From Octopus vulgaris (taxonomy: Eukaryota): DNA of 64,000 bases. Under the pieces are notes generated by a model. That model had not been told where the DNA came from and made no database searches. It saw only the letters and a program-made list of their open reading frames with translations. Location: positions 14,942,001 to 15,006,000 of the forward strand of contig OX597843.1 of the NCBI GenBank assembly GCA_951406725.2, given 5' to 3'. Of the stretch, positions 11,314 to 23,769 are shown piece by piece. The position numbers and the translations under genes were made by a program. The number at the start of each line of letters is the position of its first letter. The stretch's first letter is position 1.

Positions 11314-12596
11314 GTTTTTTAAAAATTATTTTTGCACTGTATTCATTTTCTTTCTTATAAAAACGGCTGTTTTTCTTATTCTGATTGTTGTGCTTGTTTT
11401 TGTCGGCACCGTCCTCACCACCATCACCGCTACCATTATCATCATCATCACCGCCACCACCTTCATCACTGTTACATTCATGCATTAATTGTTTCTATTT
11501 CTGGAAATCACCATTTGCATTGTTCCCAGTGTTCTTCAACCTTGTTTGCCCAAGTCTCCATGATTCGTTTTCCATATTAAGAATGTGTTCAATCTCCAGG
11601 TTAGAAACCATAAACAGCATGGCACATTGGGCAAGTATCTCCTTCCATAACCTCAGGCCAACCATGCCCTTATTATTGAATTTGTTCGATGGAAACTGAG
11701 GGAATTTGTTGTGTATGTTGAGGTCGACTTTGCCTTTCATCCTTTCGGGGTCGATAAATTAAGGACCAGTTATGCACTGGGGTCGATATAATCGACTTAA
11801 ATTCACTTGTCTGTCCTTGTTTGTCCCCTCTATGTTTAGCCCCTCGTGGGTAATAAGAAATATATATATTATTATTGAATTTGGTAGATGGAAACTGAGG
11901 GAATTTATTGTGTGTGTGTGTGCGGCGAGCTGGCAGAAACGTTAGCATGCCGGGCGAGATGCTTAGCAGTATTTCGTCTGTCAGTACGTTCCGAGTTCAA
12001 ATTCCGCCGAAGTCGACTTTGCCTTTCATCCTTACGCACTGGGGTCGATATAATCGACTTAAATTCACTTGCCTGTCCTTGTTTAGCCCCTTGTGGGTAA
12101 TAAAGAAATATATATACATATACACACACATGTAAAATAATGAATGGGAAAAGACCCTCTTCGGTCATGAATGACCATGGGATTGCACCTTGGGAGTTCC
12201 CCTCCAAGGCACAGGTCGAGCTAGGTTGTTTCTGAAGGACCAGCAGCCACCCATGCAAGGGAGGCTGTATTGGTTTCTTCTTCTCCAAGGGAAAGGCAAA
12301 GGGACCGATACTGCTTGGCACCAATGATGTTGCAACTTATAACTACAGATGACTGAACTGGAGCAACGTGAAATAAAGTGTCTTGTTCGAGAACACAACG
12401 CACTACCCAGTCCAGGAATTGAACTCACTACCTCATGATTGGGAGCCCAAAACTGTAACCAGTGAACCATGTGCCTTTACTTGAATGAAATAAGAAAAGC
12501 TTCTAACAAAGAGGATTTTTTTAAATACTTCATATTTTGGGCACAAAACCCATCTTCTGAAGGAAAAAGGTTCTTTAACCTTTGTGCATTGTTAGA

Positions 12597-13212
12597 TCTT
12601 CTTCTTCTTCCAATTCTTCTTCTCTTTCTTCTTCGTCTTTTTCTTCTCCTCCTCCTCCTTCTTCTTCTTCTTAGTCTTCTTCTTTTCTTCTTCTTCTTCT
12701 CTTCCTCCTCCTCCTTCTTCTCCTTCTTCTGCTTCTTTTTCTTAGTCTTCTTCTTCCTCTTCTTCTTCTTCCAATTCTTCTTCTCCTCCTCCTCCTTCCT
12801 CCAATTCTTCTTCTTCTTCGTCTTTTTCTTCTCCTTCTTCTCCTCCTCCTTCTTCTTAGTCTTCTTCTTCTTAGTCTTCTTTTCTTCTTCTTCTTCTCTT
12901 CCTCCTCCTCCTTCTTCTCCTTCTTCTGCTTCTTTTTCTTAGTCTTCTTCTTCCTCTTCTTCTTCTTCCAATTCTTCTTCTCCTCCTCCTCCTTCCTCCA
13001 ATTCTTCTTCTTCTTCTTCTTGTCTTTCTTCTTCTTCTTCCCTTTCTTCTTTTCTTCTTCTTCCCCTTCTTCTTCTTCTTAATCTTCTTCTTCTTAATCT
13101 TCTTCTTAGTCTTCTTCTCCTCCTTCTTCTTCTCCTTCTTCTCCTCCTCCTCCTTCTTCTTCGTAGTCTTCTTCTTCTTGTTCTTCTTCTTCTTCTTCTT
13201 CTTCTCCTTCTT
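12597..13212. repeat. ~615-bp (CTT)n/(CCT)n polypyrimidine tract
   Basis: Almost pure C/T on the + strand, with recurrent TTAGTC and CCAATT interruptions. Confidence 0.95.
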
Positions 13213-16200
13213 GAACGGGTTGATGGAAAGTACAAAGTTGGATGGAAACTGTATGGAATCTTGTCTCCTGTGATATATATGTGTGTTTGTATGTCTCTGT
13301 TCCCACTCTACCATTTGACAATCTGTTGGTTTGTTTATGTCCTTGTAACTTTGCAGTTCTACTGGAGACTGATAGAATAAGTAGTGTGCATTTAACAAAA
13401 CCTTAAGTACTGGGGTTGATTTGTTTGAGTAAACCCATCAGGTTGATGCCCCAGCATGGCCAGAGTCCCGTGACCGAAACAATAGAAAGCTAAAAGATAT
13501 GTTCTGTGTCTGACCCTCACTCACTTTGCCCCACCGTCCAACTTTGGTTGTCGGGAATAGAATGGATTCCAGTTGCCAGCAAGTCTCTCTTCAGGACACT
13601 GTGTTGTAAGAGGCTTGCTTCCCAACCACATGGTTCCAGGTTCAGTCCCACTGCATGGCACCTTGGACAAGTGTCTTCTACTATAGCCTCAGGCTGACCA
13701 ATGCCTTGTGAGTGGATTTGGTAGACGGAAACTGAAAGAAGCCTGTCATGTAATTATATTTATGTATGTGTGTGTCTGTATTTGTCCCCACACCATTGCT
13801 TGACAACCAGTGTTGGTGTGTTTACACCCCTGTAACTTAGAAGTTCGGCAAAAGAAACCGATAGAATGAGTACTAGGCTTACAAAGAATGAGTCTTGGGG
13901 TCAATTTGTTCGACTAAAGGCGGTGCTCCAGCATGGTCACAGTCAAGTGACTGAAACACAGAATAAGAGAAAGGAAGAGCAAGCAGCTGTGTCTCTTAGC
14001 GAAGCTGGAAGACAAATTTATTGGGTTGGCAGAGAAAGTTGTTCCTTTTTGTCTGTTGAACTTTTGTCTCTATCAACAGCTGTGCACTGAGTTTTTGGTC
14101 CTTACCTATTAAGTGGAGGTGACAAGTAATGGTATGACGATGGAGGCGGCAAGCTGGTAGAATAGTTAGCAAGTCGGGCGAAATGCTTAGCAGTATTGTG
14201 TCTGCTGTTACGTTCTGAGTTCAAATTCCGCTGAGGTCGACTTTGCCTTTCATCCTTTCGGGGGTCAATAAATTAAGTACCAGTTACGCACTGGGTTCGA
14301 TGCAATCGACTTAATACCTATGTCTGTCCTTGTTTAGCCCCTTGTGGTTAATAAAGAAATAGGTAATGGTATGACAAGAGCTACCCATCTGCGGGGACAG
14401 TTGTAGGGGCAAATGGTTCTGTAGTTGGGCTATTTGGTTCATAATTTTAAAAAAAAGGTAACAGTTACCTTCTCAGGGTCATAAGGGCTAGTTTCCTGTT
14501 TTCCATGGCATATAAATTCCTTACCTGGATGGGACCCCAATCCGTCACTGGATTACTCAGTTTTGGCATCTGGGTGGATTGGAGCAATGGGAAATTAAGT
14601 GTTTTGCTCAAAAACACAACATTGCCCATTCCAGGATTTGAAACGACAGTCTTATGATTGTAAGTCCAACACCCTGACCACTGAGCCATGTCCTTCCACA
14701 TTTGGCTGATGATTGTAAGGTCCTTGAGCAAGACACTTTATTTCACTTTATGGCTCCTCTCCATTCAGCTCACAAAAATAAGTTATCCTGTAAACTCAAA
14801 GGGCCATTCTGTGTGCAGCTGAATCGCCCTGAAAACTGCATTAAGGGTACACGTGTCTGTGGAGCACTCAGCCACTTGCATGTTAATTTCACAAGCAGGC
14901 TGTTCCATTGATCGGATCAGCTGGAACCCTCATCATTGTAACTGACAGAGTGCCAGGTTTAGTTTGCTGGGCCAGTTTCTTTGTGGGTTGGTGCAGATCC
15001 TCAAGGACGAGCTTCTTTAATCTTATTTCTTTACTACCCACAAGGGGCTAAACACAGAGGAGACAAACAAGGACAGACAAACAGATTAAGACGATTATAT
15101 CGACCCCAGTGCATAACTGGTACTTAATTTATCGACCCTGAAAGGATGAAAGGCAAAGTTGACCTCGGCGGGATTTGAACTCAGAATGTAGTGGCAGATG
15201 AAACACTGCTAAGCATTTCGCCCAGCGTGCTAACGTTTCTGCCAGCTCGCCGCCTTAAATCTATCTTTAAAGCTTCTTTAATCTATCCTCATTGAATTGA
15301 ATGGAGAGAGAAAGTGAGACCATTACACAGACATACAGAAAAGGAAAAAAAAAACCTAGAAGTAAACAGAGAAATTCAGTGAGAGAGAGAAGAGCACATT
15401 AAAAAGCTTGCTTCCCAACCACGTGGTTCCAGGTTCAGTCCCACTGCATGGCATCTTGGACAAGTGTCTTCTACTATAGCCTCAGGCTGACCAAAGTCTT
15501 GAGTGGATTTGGTACATGGAAACTGAAAGAAGCTTGAAATCGGCAATTTCAAACAGGTGGCGCCAACATAATGCCTTATACCATAACAAAGTTTGGTACC
15601 CTGTCAGATGCCTTCCCCAGAGCAATAAATGCTTGATAGAGGATTTTGCTTTTGTCTCAGAATATTCTGCTTCATTAACGTAGTCCAAACCCTAATTACA
15701 TCTCAACTAATTGCTTTATGGCACTGTGTGCCATAACTGTTTCTGCGTCTTGCAAGATGTGGTCCCATCAATTTAAGAGTCTCTGTAATTACTTCTTTCT
15801 ACCCCATCACCTTTGCCCTTTTACCCCTTCTATTTTAGCATTTGTCTGTCTGTTTGTCTTTTATAAATCCCATCACTATTCAGCTCTGTTTTGGCCTTCT
15901 AATGTGGTATCCTTCATTCATTGCCCTTGCATAAATGAAATTGGTGCCAAACATTTTATATACGTAAATTTATGCACACTCGTGCATATACATATATGTG
16001 TATGCATGTGTATATATATATATATACCGGAGTAAACACATAAATGTGAAACAAGGTGGAAAAAAGAGTACTCAAATACCAGTGGTAGAGTAATATGCTT
16101 TATTTAAAGCAGCAGAAAATTCAACAAAACCTGTTACTCTGAGTTTCCCGTTGCCGATGAACGGCAACGGGAAACTCAGGTTTTGTTGAATTTTCTGCTG

Positions 16201-16549
16201 CTTTAAATAAAGTATATATGTCCATATGCATATACTTATAGATACACATGTATATCTGTATTCATGTAGATGGGTGTGTATATATATATATATAACATAT
16301 ATATATATTTATACACACATATATACACAATTATATTATCATCATTTAACATGTTTTTTATACTGGCATGGATTGGATGGTTTGATACAAGCTGGCAAGC
16401 CAGAGGACTGTATCAATATCTATATGTGTGTGTGTGTATATATGTGTGTATGTGTGTATATATATAAACAATTGCAGCATGGAAGGTGTTTGTAAGCCAT
16501 TTAAGAAATACGCAAAAACCGTTAGATTCACTTCAACATTTAAGTTTAA

Positions 16550-16600
16550 TTTGTCAAAATATTTTCATCGCTTTGAGACTGCGACCTGTTCACTGACAAA
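16550..16600 (-). ncRNA. Minimal type I hammerhead ribozyme, G3-C8 core variant
   Basis: UUUGUCA-GUGAACA-G-GUCGC..GCGAU-GAAA-AUAU-UU-UGACAAA on the minus strand. Confidence 0.6.
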
Positions 16601-16644
16601 ATGAGGAAGGCCGGATTATGGGATTACCTTTGGCAGCACGAAGT

Positions 16645-16695
16645 TTTGTCAGTGAACAGGTCGCGGCCTCAAAGCGATGAAAATATTTTGACAAA
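16645..16695 (+). ncRNA. Minimal type I hammerhead ribozyme, G3-C8 core variant
   Basis: 7-bp stem I UUUGUCA/UGACAAA, core GUGAACA (16652-16658), stem II GUCGC/GCGAU, GAAA (16679-16682), palindromic stem III AAUAUU. Confidence 0.6.
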
Positions 16696-17310
16696 TTAAA
16701 TTTAAATGTTGAAGTGAATCGAACGGTTTTTGTGTGTTTCTTAAATGGCTTACAAACACCTTCCATGCTGCAACTGTTTTTGTTCCAGCACACGATCTCA
16801 GATTAAGTCACTTGCTATGCAAGTACATCTCCATAATATATATATATATATAAACATATATAAATAAGTTATCTCTGTTTACTTTTGAGATGTCTGTGGA
16901 GATGTTCACATATATGGCTATATATATATTTGTATATATACATCTATTATACATATATGATGTAATAGGACAGAAATGTCTATTTGAAATTTCATATTTT
17001 ACATCATTTAATTGTTGTTCTTCTTGTTGTTGTCATGGTGTCACATGACAAGACATTTTTATTTATCATTTTTTCATGTTGTTTTTATGGCACCTTTCTT
17101 GTTTCTGTTGAATATATATTTCTCATTGCACTGCTACTCTGCATTTTGTCATCATGTTGCACGTCACATGACAGCTCGTGTCTTGTCTGTGTGTCTGTGT
17201 ATATACATTTTATAATCATTCAACAGTTGTTTTCCATGCTGACATGGGTTGGCCAGTTTGATCGGGGCTGGCAGCGCAAGAAGACCACACCAGGCGCCTT
17301 TGTTTTCATA

Positions 17311-17646
17311 TGGTTTCTATGACTGGATACCCTTCCTAATGCCAGCCACTTTCCAGAGTGGACTGGCTATGTTATTCATGGCACCAGCACCAATGAGGTC
17401 TGCTTTGGCATGGTTTCTATGACTGGATGCCCTTCCTAATGCCAGCCACTTTCCAGAGTGGACTGGCTATGTTATTCATGGCACCAGCACCAATGAGGTC
17501 TGCTTTGGCATGGTTTCTATGACTGGATGCCCTTCCTAATGCCAGCCACTTTCCAGAGTGGACTGGCTATGTTATTCATGGCACCAGCACCAATGAGGTC
17601 TGCTTTGGCATGGTTTCTATGACTGGATGCCCTTCCTAATGCCAAC
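17311..17646. repeat. Minisatellite, 100-bp unit, about 3.4 copies (SINE-derived)
   Basis: tggtttctatgactgga recurs at 17311, 17411, 17511 and 17611. Confidence 0.9.
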
Positions 17647-19280
17647 CATTTTACAGAGAAGACAATATGTTATATGTATCTCTCTTTCTTTCTCTCCCTC
17701 TCTCTTTCTCTCTTTATATGTATATATATATTTTGAATAAATCAAGAAGTTCCTCACAAGTCAAATCAGATGAAAAGCAAAATTTTTGTGTATCCAACCA
17801 GTTTTACATTTTTGAAGATAATCATTGCTTTGTATTGGATGTTGTTGTTGTTGGTGATGGTGCTGGGATAAAGAGTGAATGTTGTTGACAAGACAAACAG
17901 TAAATGTAGTGGACATTTAACATTCTTGAAAAAATATTGGTGCAGATGTTATCATGAGGTGAAGAATCTCACTTTGCCACCATGTGGTTCCTGGTTTGAT
18001 CTCAGTGCATGTCATGTTAGGCATGTCTTTTACTATAACCCCAAGCCAACCTATGCCTTGTGAGTTGATTTGGCAGATGGAAACTGTGTGAAGCCTATTG
18101 TGTGTATCACCATCATCATCATCGTTGTTTAACATTCATGTTTCATACTGATCTGTGTTGGTCCTCTGCAGGATTTGAACTCAGTGTGCAAAGAGTGAGA
18201 ATCAATATTGCAAAGCATTGGCTGTCTGGTAAGAAGTCTGCTTCCCAATCAAATGGTTCCGAGTTCAGTTCCACTGCATGGTAACTTGGGCAAGTGTCTT
18301 CTACTCAGGTCAACCAAAGCCTTGTGAGTAGATTTGGTAAACAGAAACTGAAAGAAGCCCATTATATGTGTGTTTGCCCCCCCCCCCCCATCACTGCTTG
18401 ACAACCAGTGTTGGTTTGTTTACCTTCCTGTAACAGAAGTTGTTCAGCGAAAAGGCGGTGAGCTGGCAGAAACATTAGCACGCCGGGCGAGATGTGTAGC
18501 GGTATTTCGTCTGTCTGAATGTTCTGAGTTCAAAATCCGCCGAGGTTGACTTTGCCTTTCATCCTTTCTGGGTCGATTAAATAAGTACCAGTTGCGCACT
18601 GGAGTCGATATAATCGACTTAATCCCTTTGTCTGTCCTTGTTTGTCCCCTCTGTGTGTAGCCCCTTGTGGGGGAGTAAAGAAATAAGAAGTGGTTCAGCG
18701 AAAAGCACTGACAGAATAAGTACCAGGCTCACAAAAAATAAAGCAGTGGAGTCTAGACAGTGCTTCAGCATGGCCACAGTCAACTGCCTGAAGCAAGCAA
18801 AAGGTAAAAGATATATATATAGATAAATATATGGTGGAAACTGATCCTGGAACCACCAGGCTGGAAAGTAGGTATCTTGACCACACAGCAACTCCTGCAC
18901 CTCGTCCTGTTTGGATTTTGACCCAAGTTGGACGTTATCACTTTGGTTGTTGATGCTAACGGCAACACTGGCTGATGGTAGACGTCACCATCCTGCCATG
19001 GTACAACCCACCTTTTATCGTCCTCCAATAAAGCACCAGCAGAGAGAGACCTTCATAGCATTAGACATGCTTCTGTTTTCCCATTCTGTCTGCATTCTTC
19101 TGTCTCTCCGGAATACAGACTTTGAGGTTTCCCTTGATTCTGTTTGCACTCGAATTGGCATTGCTGCTTTCATGCTGACTTACTTGACCTCGGAAGCTTC
19201 AAATGTTTCTTTCATTTTCTCTCTCTGTCTCTCCTCTCCCCCCTCTCTCTCTGAAAGGGACTTAACAGATAGGATGACTT

Positions 19281-19722
19281 TGTAGCATAGATGCAGGTGA
19301 AATTCCTCTCTCCCATATATTCAATATACGTGCATTCGGACATAGCTGCTGCTGTGGTGGTGGAGGTTGTCTGGCATTGTCACTGAAACTGGCTGTGTCT
19401 TTGTGGTCAGTGGCTAGACCTTAGAAGGTCTGGAACCTAAGACCTCGGAAGGAGGAATAGCTGAGTTTTTACAAGTAGCTGTAGACTTAAAACAGGGTGG
19501 TAAACAGGTTGCCCCTTGTGATCCTATTTAGGGACTCCGGCTAGTTATACGTGACAATTGGCACAGTTGAGTAAGAGACAAATTGCCCCAATATCAATCA
19601 ATCAGAGTAATGGACACAACAGGATCCAAATAGCGGCCAAAGGCTAGCTGTTCCCTGCTACGTTCAAATGCGTGTATATATAATAAACGGAAGTGAGGAA
19701 TTTCAACCGAGTCTACGCTACA
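19281..19722 (+). mobile_element. Solo LTR (442 bp), probably Ty3/Gypsy-type
   Basis: Termini TGTAGCATAGA...TCTACGCTACA (10/11 inverted match, TG..CA). 4-bp TSD ACTT at 19277-19280 and 19723-19726. AATAAA at 19682. Confidence 0.7.
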
Positions 19723-20154
19723 ACTTCATTCAAGACCCTTAGACAACACTAGTAGTAGTAGTAGTTGCAACAGCAGCAAGAGTCTAAAGTTTTTGAAGGT
19801 ATTGTTTTGTGTGTGGGGGGATTTCAATCAGTACCACATGTGCCATGATGTAACCCATCTCATGTGATTCTCATGTAATTTTCGACATCTTTAAATTTTA
19901 TTTCTCTCTGCTTTGGATATTTCCCATTAAGGTAACTCATATTTCTATCCTATTTTTATTTTATTTATATTATTTCATTCTAAACCTGACATTTTTGTTT
20001 GTAATGAAAAACTGAAAAAGCTCCATTTGTTGTGTCTTTCCAAATAAATTTACAATTTTTCCCTCTTGCCTCATCCATCTTCAAACATCTCTTCATCTCC
20101 AACATTTTATGGAGTCCCTTTTCTACTTTTGCTTCCTGTGTTTCTTTGCTGCAG

Positions 20155-20391
20155 GTGAACAGTCCCAAAGTTTGGCGTAGCTTTGATGCAGATTCTTCCA
20201 CCCGGCCGCCATTGTTTAAGACTCGTAGCAGTTCCATGCCAACCCCAGGCTCAAAGAAGTTAGACAGCTCCAAGTCCGGCTTGAACTTGCCGCGCAGCGG
20301 ACGTGGATCGGTGTCGAATGAAAACAACGTGTTGCTAGATCCTGAAGTGCTGACAGGTTACGATACGCAAGTCCTCGTACTCACTGTCTTG
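20155..20391 (+). CDS. NF1: Neurofibromin coding exon
   Basis: ttctttgctgcag|GTG ... TTG|gtaagt; 237 nt, phase 0-0. VNSPKVWRSFD...GSVSNENNVLLDPEVLTGYDTQVLVLTVL matches NF1 VSVSESNVLLDEEVLTDPKIQALLLTVL. Confidence 0.95.
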
Positions 20392-20629
20392 GTAAGTACT
20401 CACATCAGTGGTTCTCGACCTCTTTTTTTTTTTTTTACCTATGGACTGCTTTGATTCCTATTTTACTTGGCTGGACCCTCATGCCCATTCCTTGATTAAC
20501 CCTTTAGCATTTAAACTAGCCATATTTGGCCCCAAATTTTCTGTTAGATCTAGCTTCTTGCACCTATCTGATGTTATCATTGTAAGAGTATGCAGTCCCA
20601 TCGTTGAAGCAGGATTAATTCCTAAGAAG

Positions 20630-21055
20630 ACCCGGCAGGACTAGTGAGACCATAACCTGTGGCCTCTACCTGGGATGTAGCCAGTCCACTTATGCATACC
20701 TTTCCTTCTTAGGACACAAAACTCCACTTGTGAAGACCCGTTGAGGCAAGTGGAAATCAGAAATCAGAGCCAAAATCGAAGTCGATCAACATGAATGGAA
20801 ATTGCAGCTGTGATACCAGTGCCAGTGGCACGTAAGCAGACCATCCATCTGTGGCCGTTTGCCAGCCCCGTCTGGCACGTAAAAAGCATCCACTACGCTC
20901 ACGGAGTGGTTAGCGTTAGGAAGGGCATCCAGCTGTAGAAACATTGCCAGATCAGACTGGGCCTGGTGTAGCCTTCTGGCTTCCCAGACTCCAGTTGAAC
21001 CATCCAACCCATGCTAGCATGGAAAGCGGATGCTAAATGATGATGATGATGATGA
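20630..21055 (+). mobile_element. SINE-like family 3 with (GAT)n tail
   Basis: ...GGAGTGGTTAGCGTTAGGAAGGGCATCCAGCTG...CCATGCTAGCATGGAAAGCGGA...GATGATGAT. Copies at about 26068(-), 26440(+), 29103(-), 41750(+) and 59085(+). Confidence 0.75.
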
Positions 21056-21669
21056 TATTATTTATTCACATTTTGTTTTCTCACTTTGCCTGCTAGCATT
21101 TGGAAGGGCACCCAGCCCCAGAAACTGTCCCCAAAACTGACAATGGGGCCTGGTGCAAAAATTAATTTGGCATAAAACAGCTTTGAATTAAATATATTTG
21201 TATAAAGTCATGTTTTTACATGAGTCTTGGTGGAGAATTTTCTCCCGGAACTCTTCTTGCAGTGAAAGATCTTATCACACCCTTCTTCCCACCTGACTCT
21301 AAGCTTAATCAATTCAGAGAGTATATTTATACGTATATGTGTGTGTGTATATATATATATATTGTTTTAGTCCTACTGATTACAGTCAAACATGTATGAA
21401 ATGTGACTTTACACAAATATATAATTATGTATGTCCATTTTCACACTGCTTTCTCATTCGCTGTCTGTCTGTCTTCCACCACCACCACACTTACACACAA
21501 ATGTAACTGAGCCATAAAAAAGTCAGCAGATATGACAGGTGAATATATTTATTTAATCATGTGTCATCCTTAGGGTTACAGTTGTTTCGCAACCTTCATC
21601 ATGTAATAATAATTTCAGTGTATAATAAATTGTTTACATGTTTGTGCTAATACCGCATGCTACGCATCA

Positions 21670-21978
21670 TCTTTATATATAAAACTGAAGTTGTGTGTGT
21701 GAGAGTCTGTCTACTCCGATTTAGATTCCTAACTACTCCCACATTTTGCGGTGCAGTTTAACCAACAGCGGGTATCTTATAGTCGTGATTCATATCAAGC
21801 CCTTCTCGGTATTAGCATGCGTCTACGATGAGTCTATGATTTTAAAAAAGATTTACCATCATTTTTTCGTTTTTTTTAATGCATTTTTGCTCGGTTTATA
21901 TAAGGGAAGTAACTCTCTAAAAATGCTTATATAGTTATTTCCCTTACAAACCCGAGCATCGCCAGGCGATACTGCTAG
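21670..21978 (+). mobile_element. Non-autonomous Helitron
   Basis: A|TCTTTATATATAAAAC ... CCCGAGCATCGCCAGG hairpin, GATACTGCTAG|T. Confidence 0.88.
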
Positions 21979-22289
21979 TACAATATAATTGTATATTTAC
22001 AAATCAGTGCAGATACAGACATCTAGCTAATCAGATCACCCAAACATCCTGGTTACACCAAATAAATCTATACCTCCTGACTTTTTATGGTTTATATTCT
22101 CCTCATGAAATAATCTCATCGATCAGATCTCCTGGATTCTAGCTGCATGGAACTCTACATTATACTCTTCTGTATTAGATTACTTTGTGGTCTGTTAGCC
22201 AAATCCGCTGGAGGAGCTTTCTGTGATAGCTACATGATTTTATGAATCCATGTATTAAACCACAAGTATACTGATCTCTTTTTCAACAG

Positions 22290-22390
22290 GCAACTTTGGT
22301 CCGTAACACAACAGATGAAAATGAAGCTCGAATATTGTACGAATATTTAGCGGAGGCGTCAGTTGTCTTTCCTCGTGTTTTTCCTGTGAT
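22290..22390 (+). CDS. NF1: Neurofibromin coding exon
   Basis: ctttttcaacag|GCA ... AT|gtaagt; 101 nt. ATLVRNTTDENEARILYEYLAEASVVFPRVFPV(I) vs NF1 ATLVKYTTDEFDQRILYEYLAEASVVFPKVFPVV. Confidence 0.97.
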
Positions 22391-22524
22391 GTAAGTAGAA
22401 ACCTCTTTCATTATCCGACCCCTATCTGTTTCACCCCCACCCCCACCCCATGCTACTCAGCATTTCTGTGTTTGTAGGGGACGGAGTCATGAAGGCATTC
22501 AAATCGTGTGTGGATTTATTGTCA

Positions 22525-22913
22525 GGCGCAGGAGTGGCTGTGTGGTAAGTAGCTTGCTAACCAACCACATGGTTCCGGGTTCAGTCCCACTGCGTAGCAC
22601 TTTGGGAAAGTGTCTTCTACTATAGCCTCGGGCTGACCAAAACCTTGTGAGTGGATTTGGTAAACGGAAACTGAAAGAAGCCTGTCGTATATATGTATGT
22701 GTATGTATATGTTTGTGTGTCTGTGTTTGTCCCCCTAGCATTGCTTGACAACTGATGCTGGTGTGTTTATGTCCCCGTCACTTAGCGGTTCGGCAAAAGA
22801 GACTGATAGAATAAGTACTGGGCTTACAAAGAATAAGTCCCGAGGTCGATTTACTCGACTAAAGGCGGTGCTCCAGCATGGCCGCAGTCAAATGACTGAA
22901 ACAAGTAAAAGAG
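22525..22913 (+). mobile_element. SINE family 1, full length
   Basis: GGCGCAGGAGTGGCTGTGTGG head through to GAAACAAGTAAAAGAG tail. Confidence 0.88.
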
Positions 22914-22949
22914 AATTCCTGACGAGAGAAATTCTCATTGAGACTCTTG

Positions 22950-23203
22950 AGTCTTACTTCAACCAATTCCTGATGGAGGCGCTTTCTGCTGCCTCCCTCA
23001 TCCTCTGCTCCGGTGCCACCCTTTGCTCTTTAGTCCAATGGTTGTAAGCATCCTCCATACCGAGTGGGCTGGGAATCCTCTCCTGCCATGACTGCCCCTG
23101 CCTTCTCCCTGCAATCCAGCAGAAGCTTCTCGTACTTGGTGGGTTTTTGTTTGTAGGGGCCTGGTCACACCCTTCTTCCCACACAACTCTAAGCGCAATC
23201 AAT
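22950..23203 (-). mobile_element. Degraded HERO-like retrotransposon endonuclease fragment
   Basis: Minus-strand frames give WEEGC, TKYEKLLLDCREK, RGFPAHSVWRMLTTIGL and EAAESAS..WLK, collinear with HERO-type RLE C-termini. A short paralog lies at about 21275-21313. Confidence 0.65.
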
Positions 23204-23769
23204 ATAGAGACTATATTTATACATTTGTGTGTGTGTAAATATGTATGTATGTACATATATATATCTATTGTTTCAGTCATTAGACTGTGGCCATGCTGGA
23301 GCACCACTTTGAAGAATTTTTAGTTGAATGTATCCACCCCAGTACTTTTTTTTTTATAAGCATTGTACTTATTCTATCGGTTTCTTTTTGCCGAACTGCT
23401 AAGTTACAGGGACATAAACACACCAGCACCAGTTGCCAAGCAGTGGGAGGGGGGACAAACACAGACACATACATACACAATGGGCTTCTTTCAGTTTCCA
23501 TCTACCAAATCCACTCACAAGGCTTTGGTCAGCCTGAGGCTACTGTAGTAGACACTTGCCCAAGGTGTCACGCAGTGGGACTAGACCCGGAACCATGTGG
23601 TTGGCAAGGAAGCTTCTTACCACACAGCTACGATATATATATATAGAGAGAGAGAGAGAAAAGAAAAGAAAAAGGGAGCAATAATAAGCAATGAGAAGTT
23701 GTAGTAGTAGTAGTAGTAGTAGTTGTAGTAGTAGCAGCAGCAGCAGGTCATAGTTTAATTGTACTTCAG

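Larger units (their letters stand above)
16466..16779. mobile_element. Fold-back element (Penelope-like pLTR remnant) with hammerhead motifs
   Basis: Arms 16466-16601 and 16644-16779 are reverse complements, flanked by (TA)n. Each arm carries an HHR fold. The Penelope assignment is inferred. Confidence 0.65.

Noticed and set aside
10500-11490. Long ORFs rich in YI/CV/HT dipeptides (also near 45.5-46.7, 52 and 54 kb)
   Set aside because: Translations of (TA)n, (TG)n and (TATC)n microsatellites.
12469-13398. Poly-Arg, poly-Lys/Glu and poly-Phe/Ser ORFs
   Set aside because: Artefacts of the stop-free (CTT)n tract; no splice or homology support.
22918-22960. CTGACGA...GAGA-CTCTTGAG-TC hammerhead-like string
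   Set aside because: GAAA is absent and there is no stem I complementarity.
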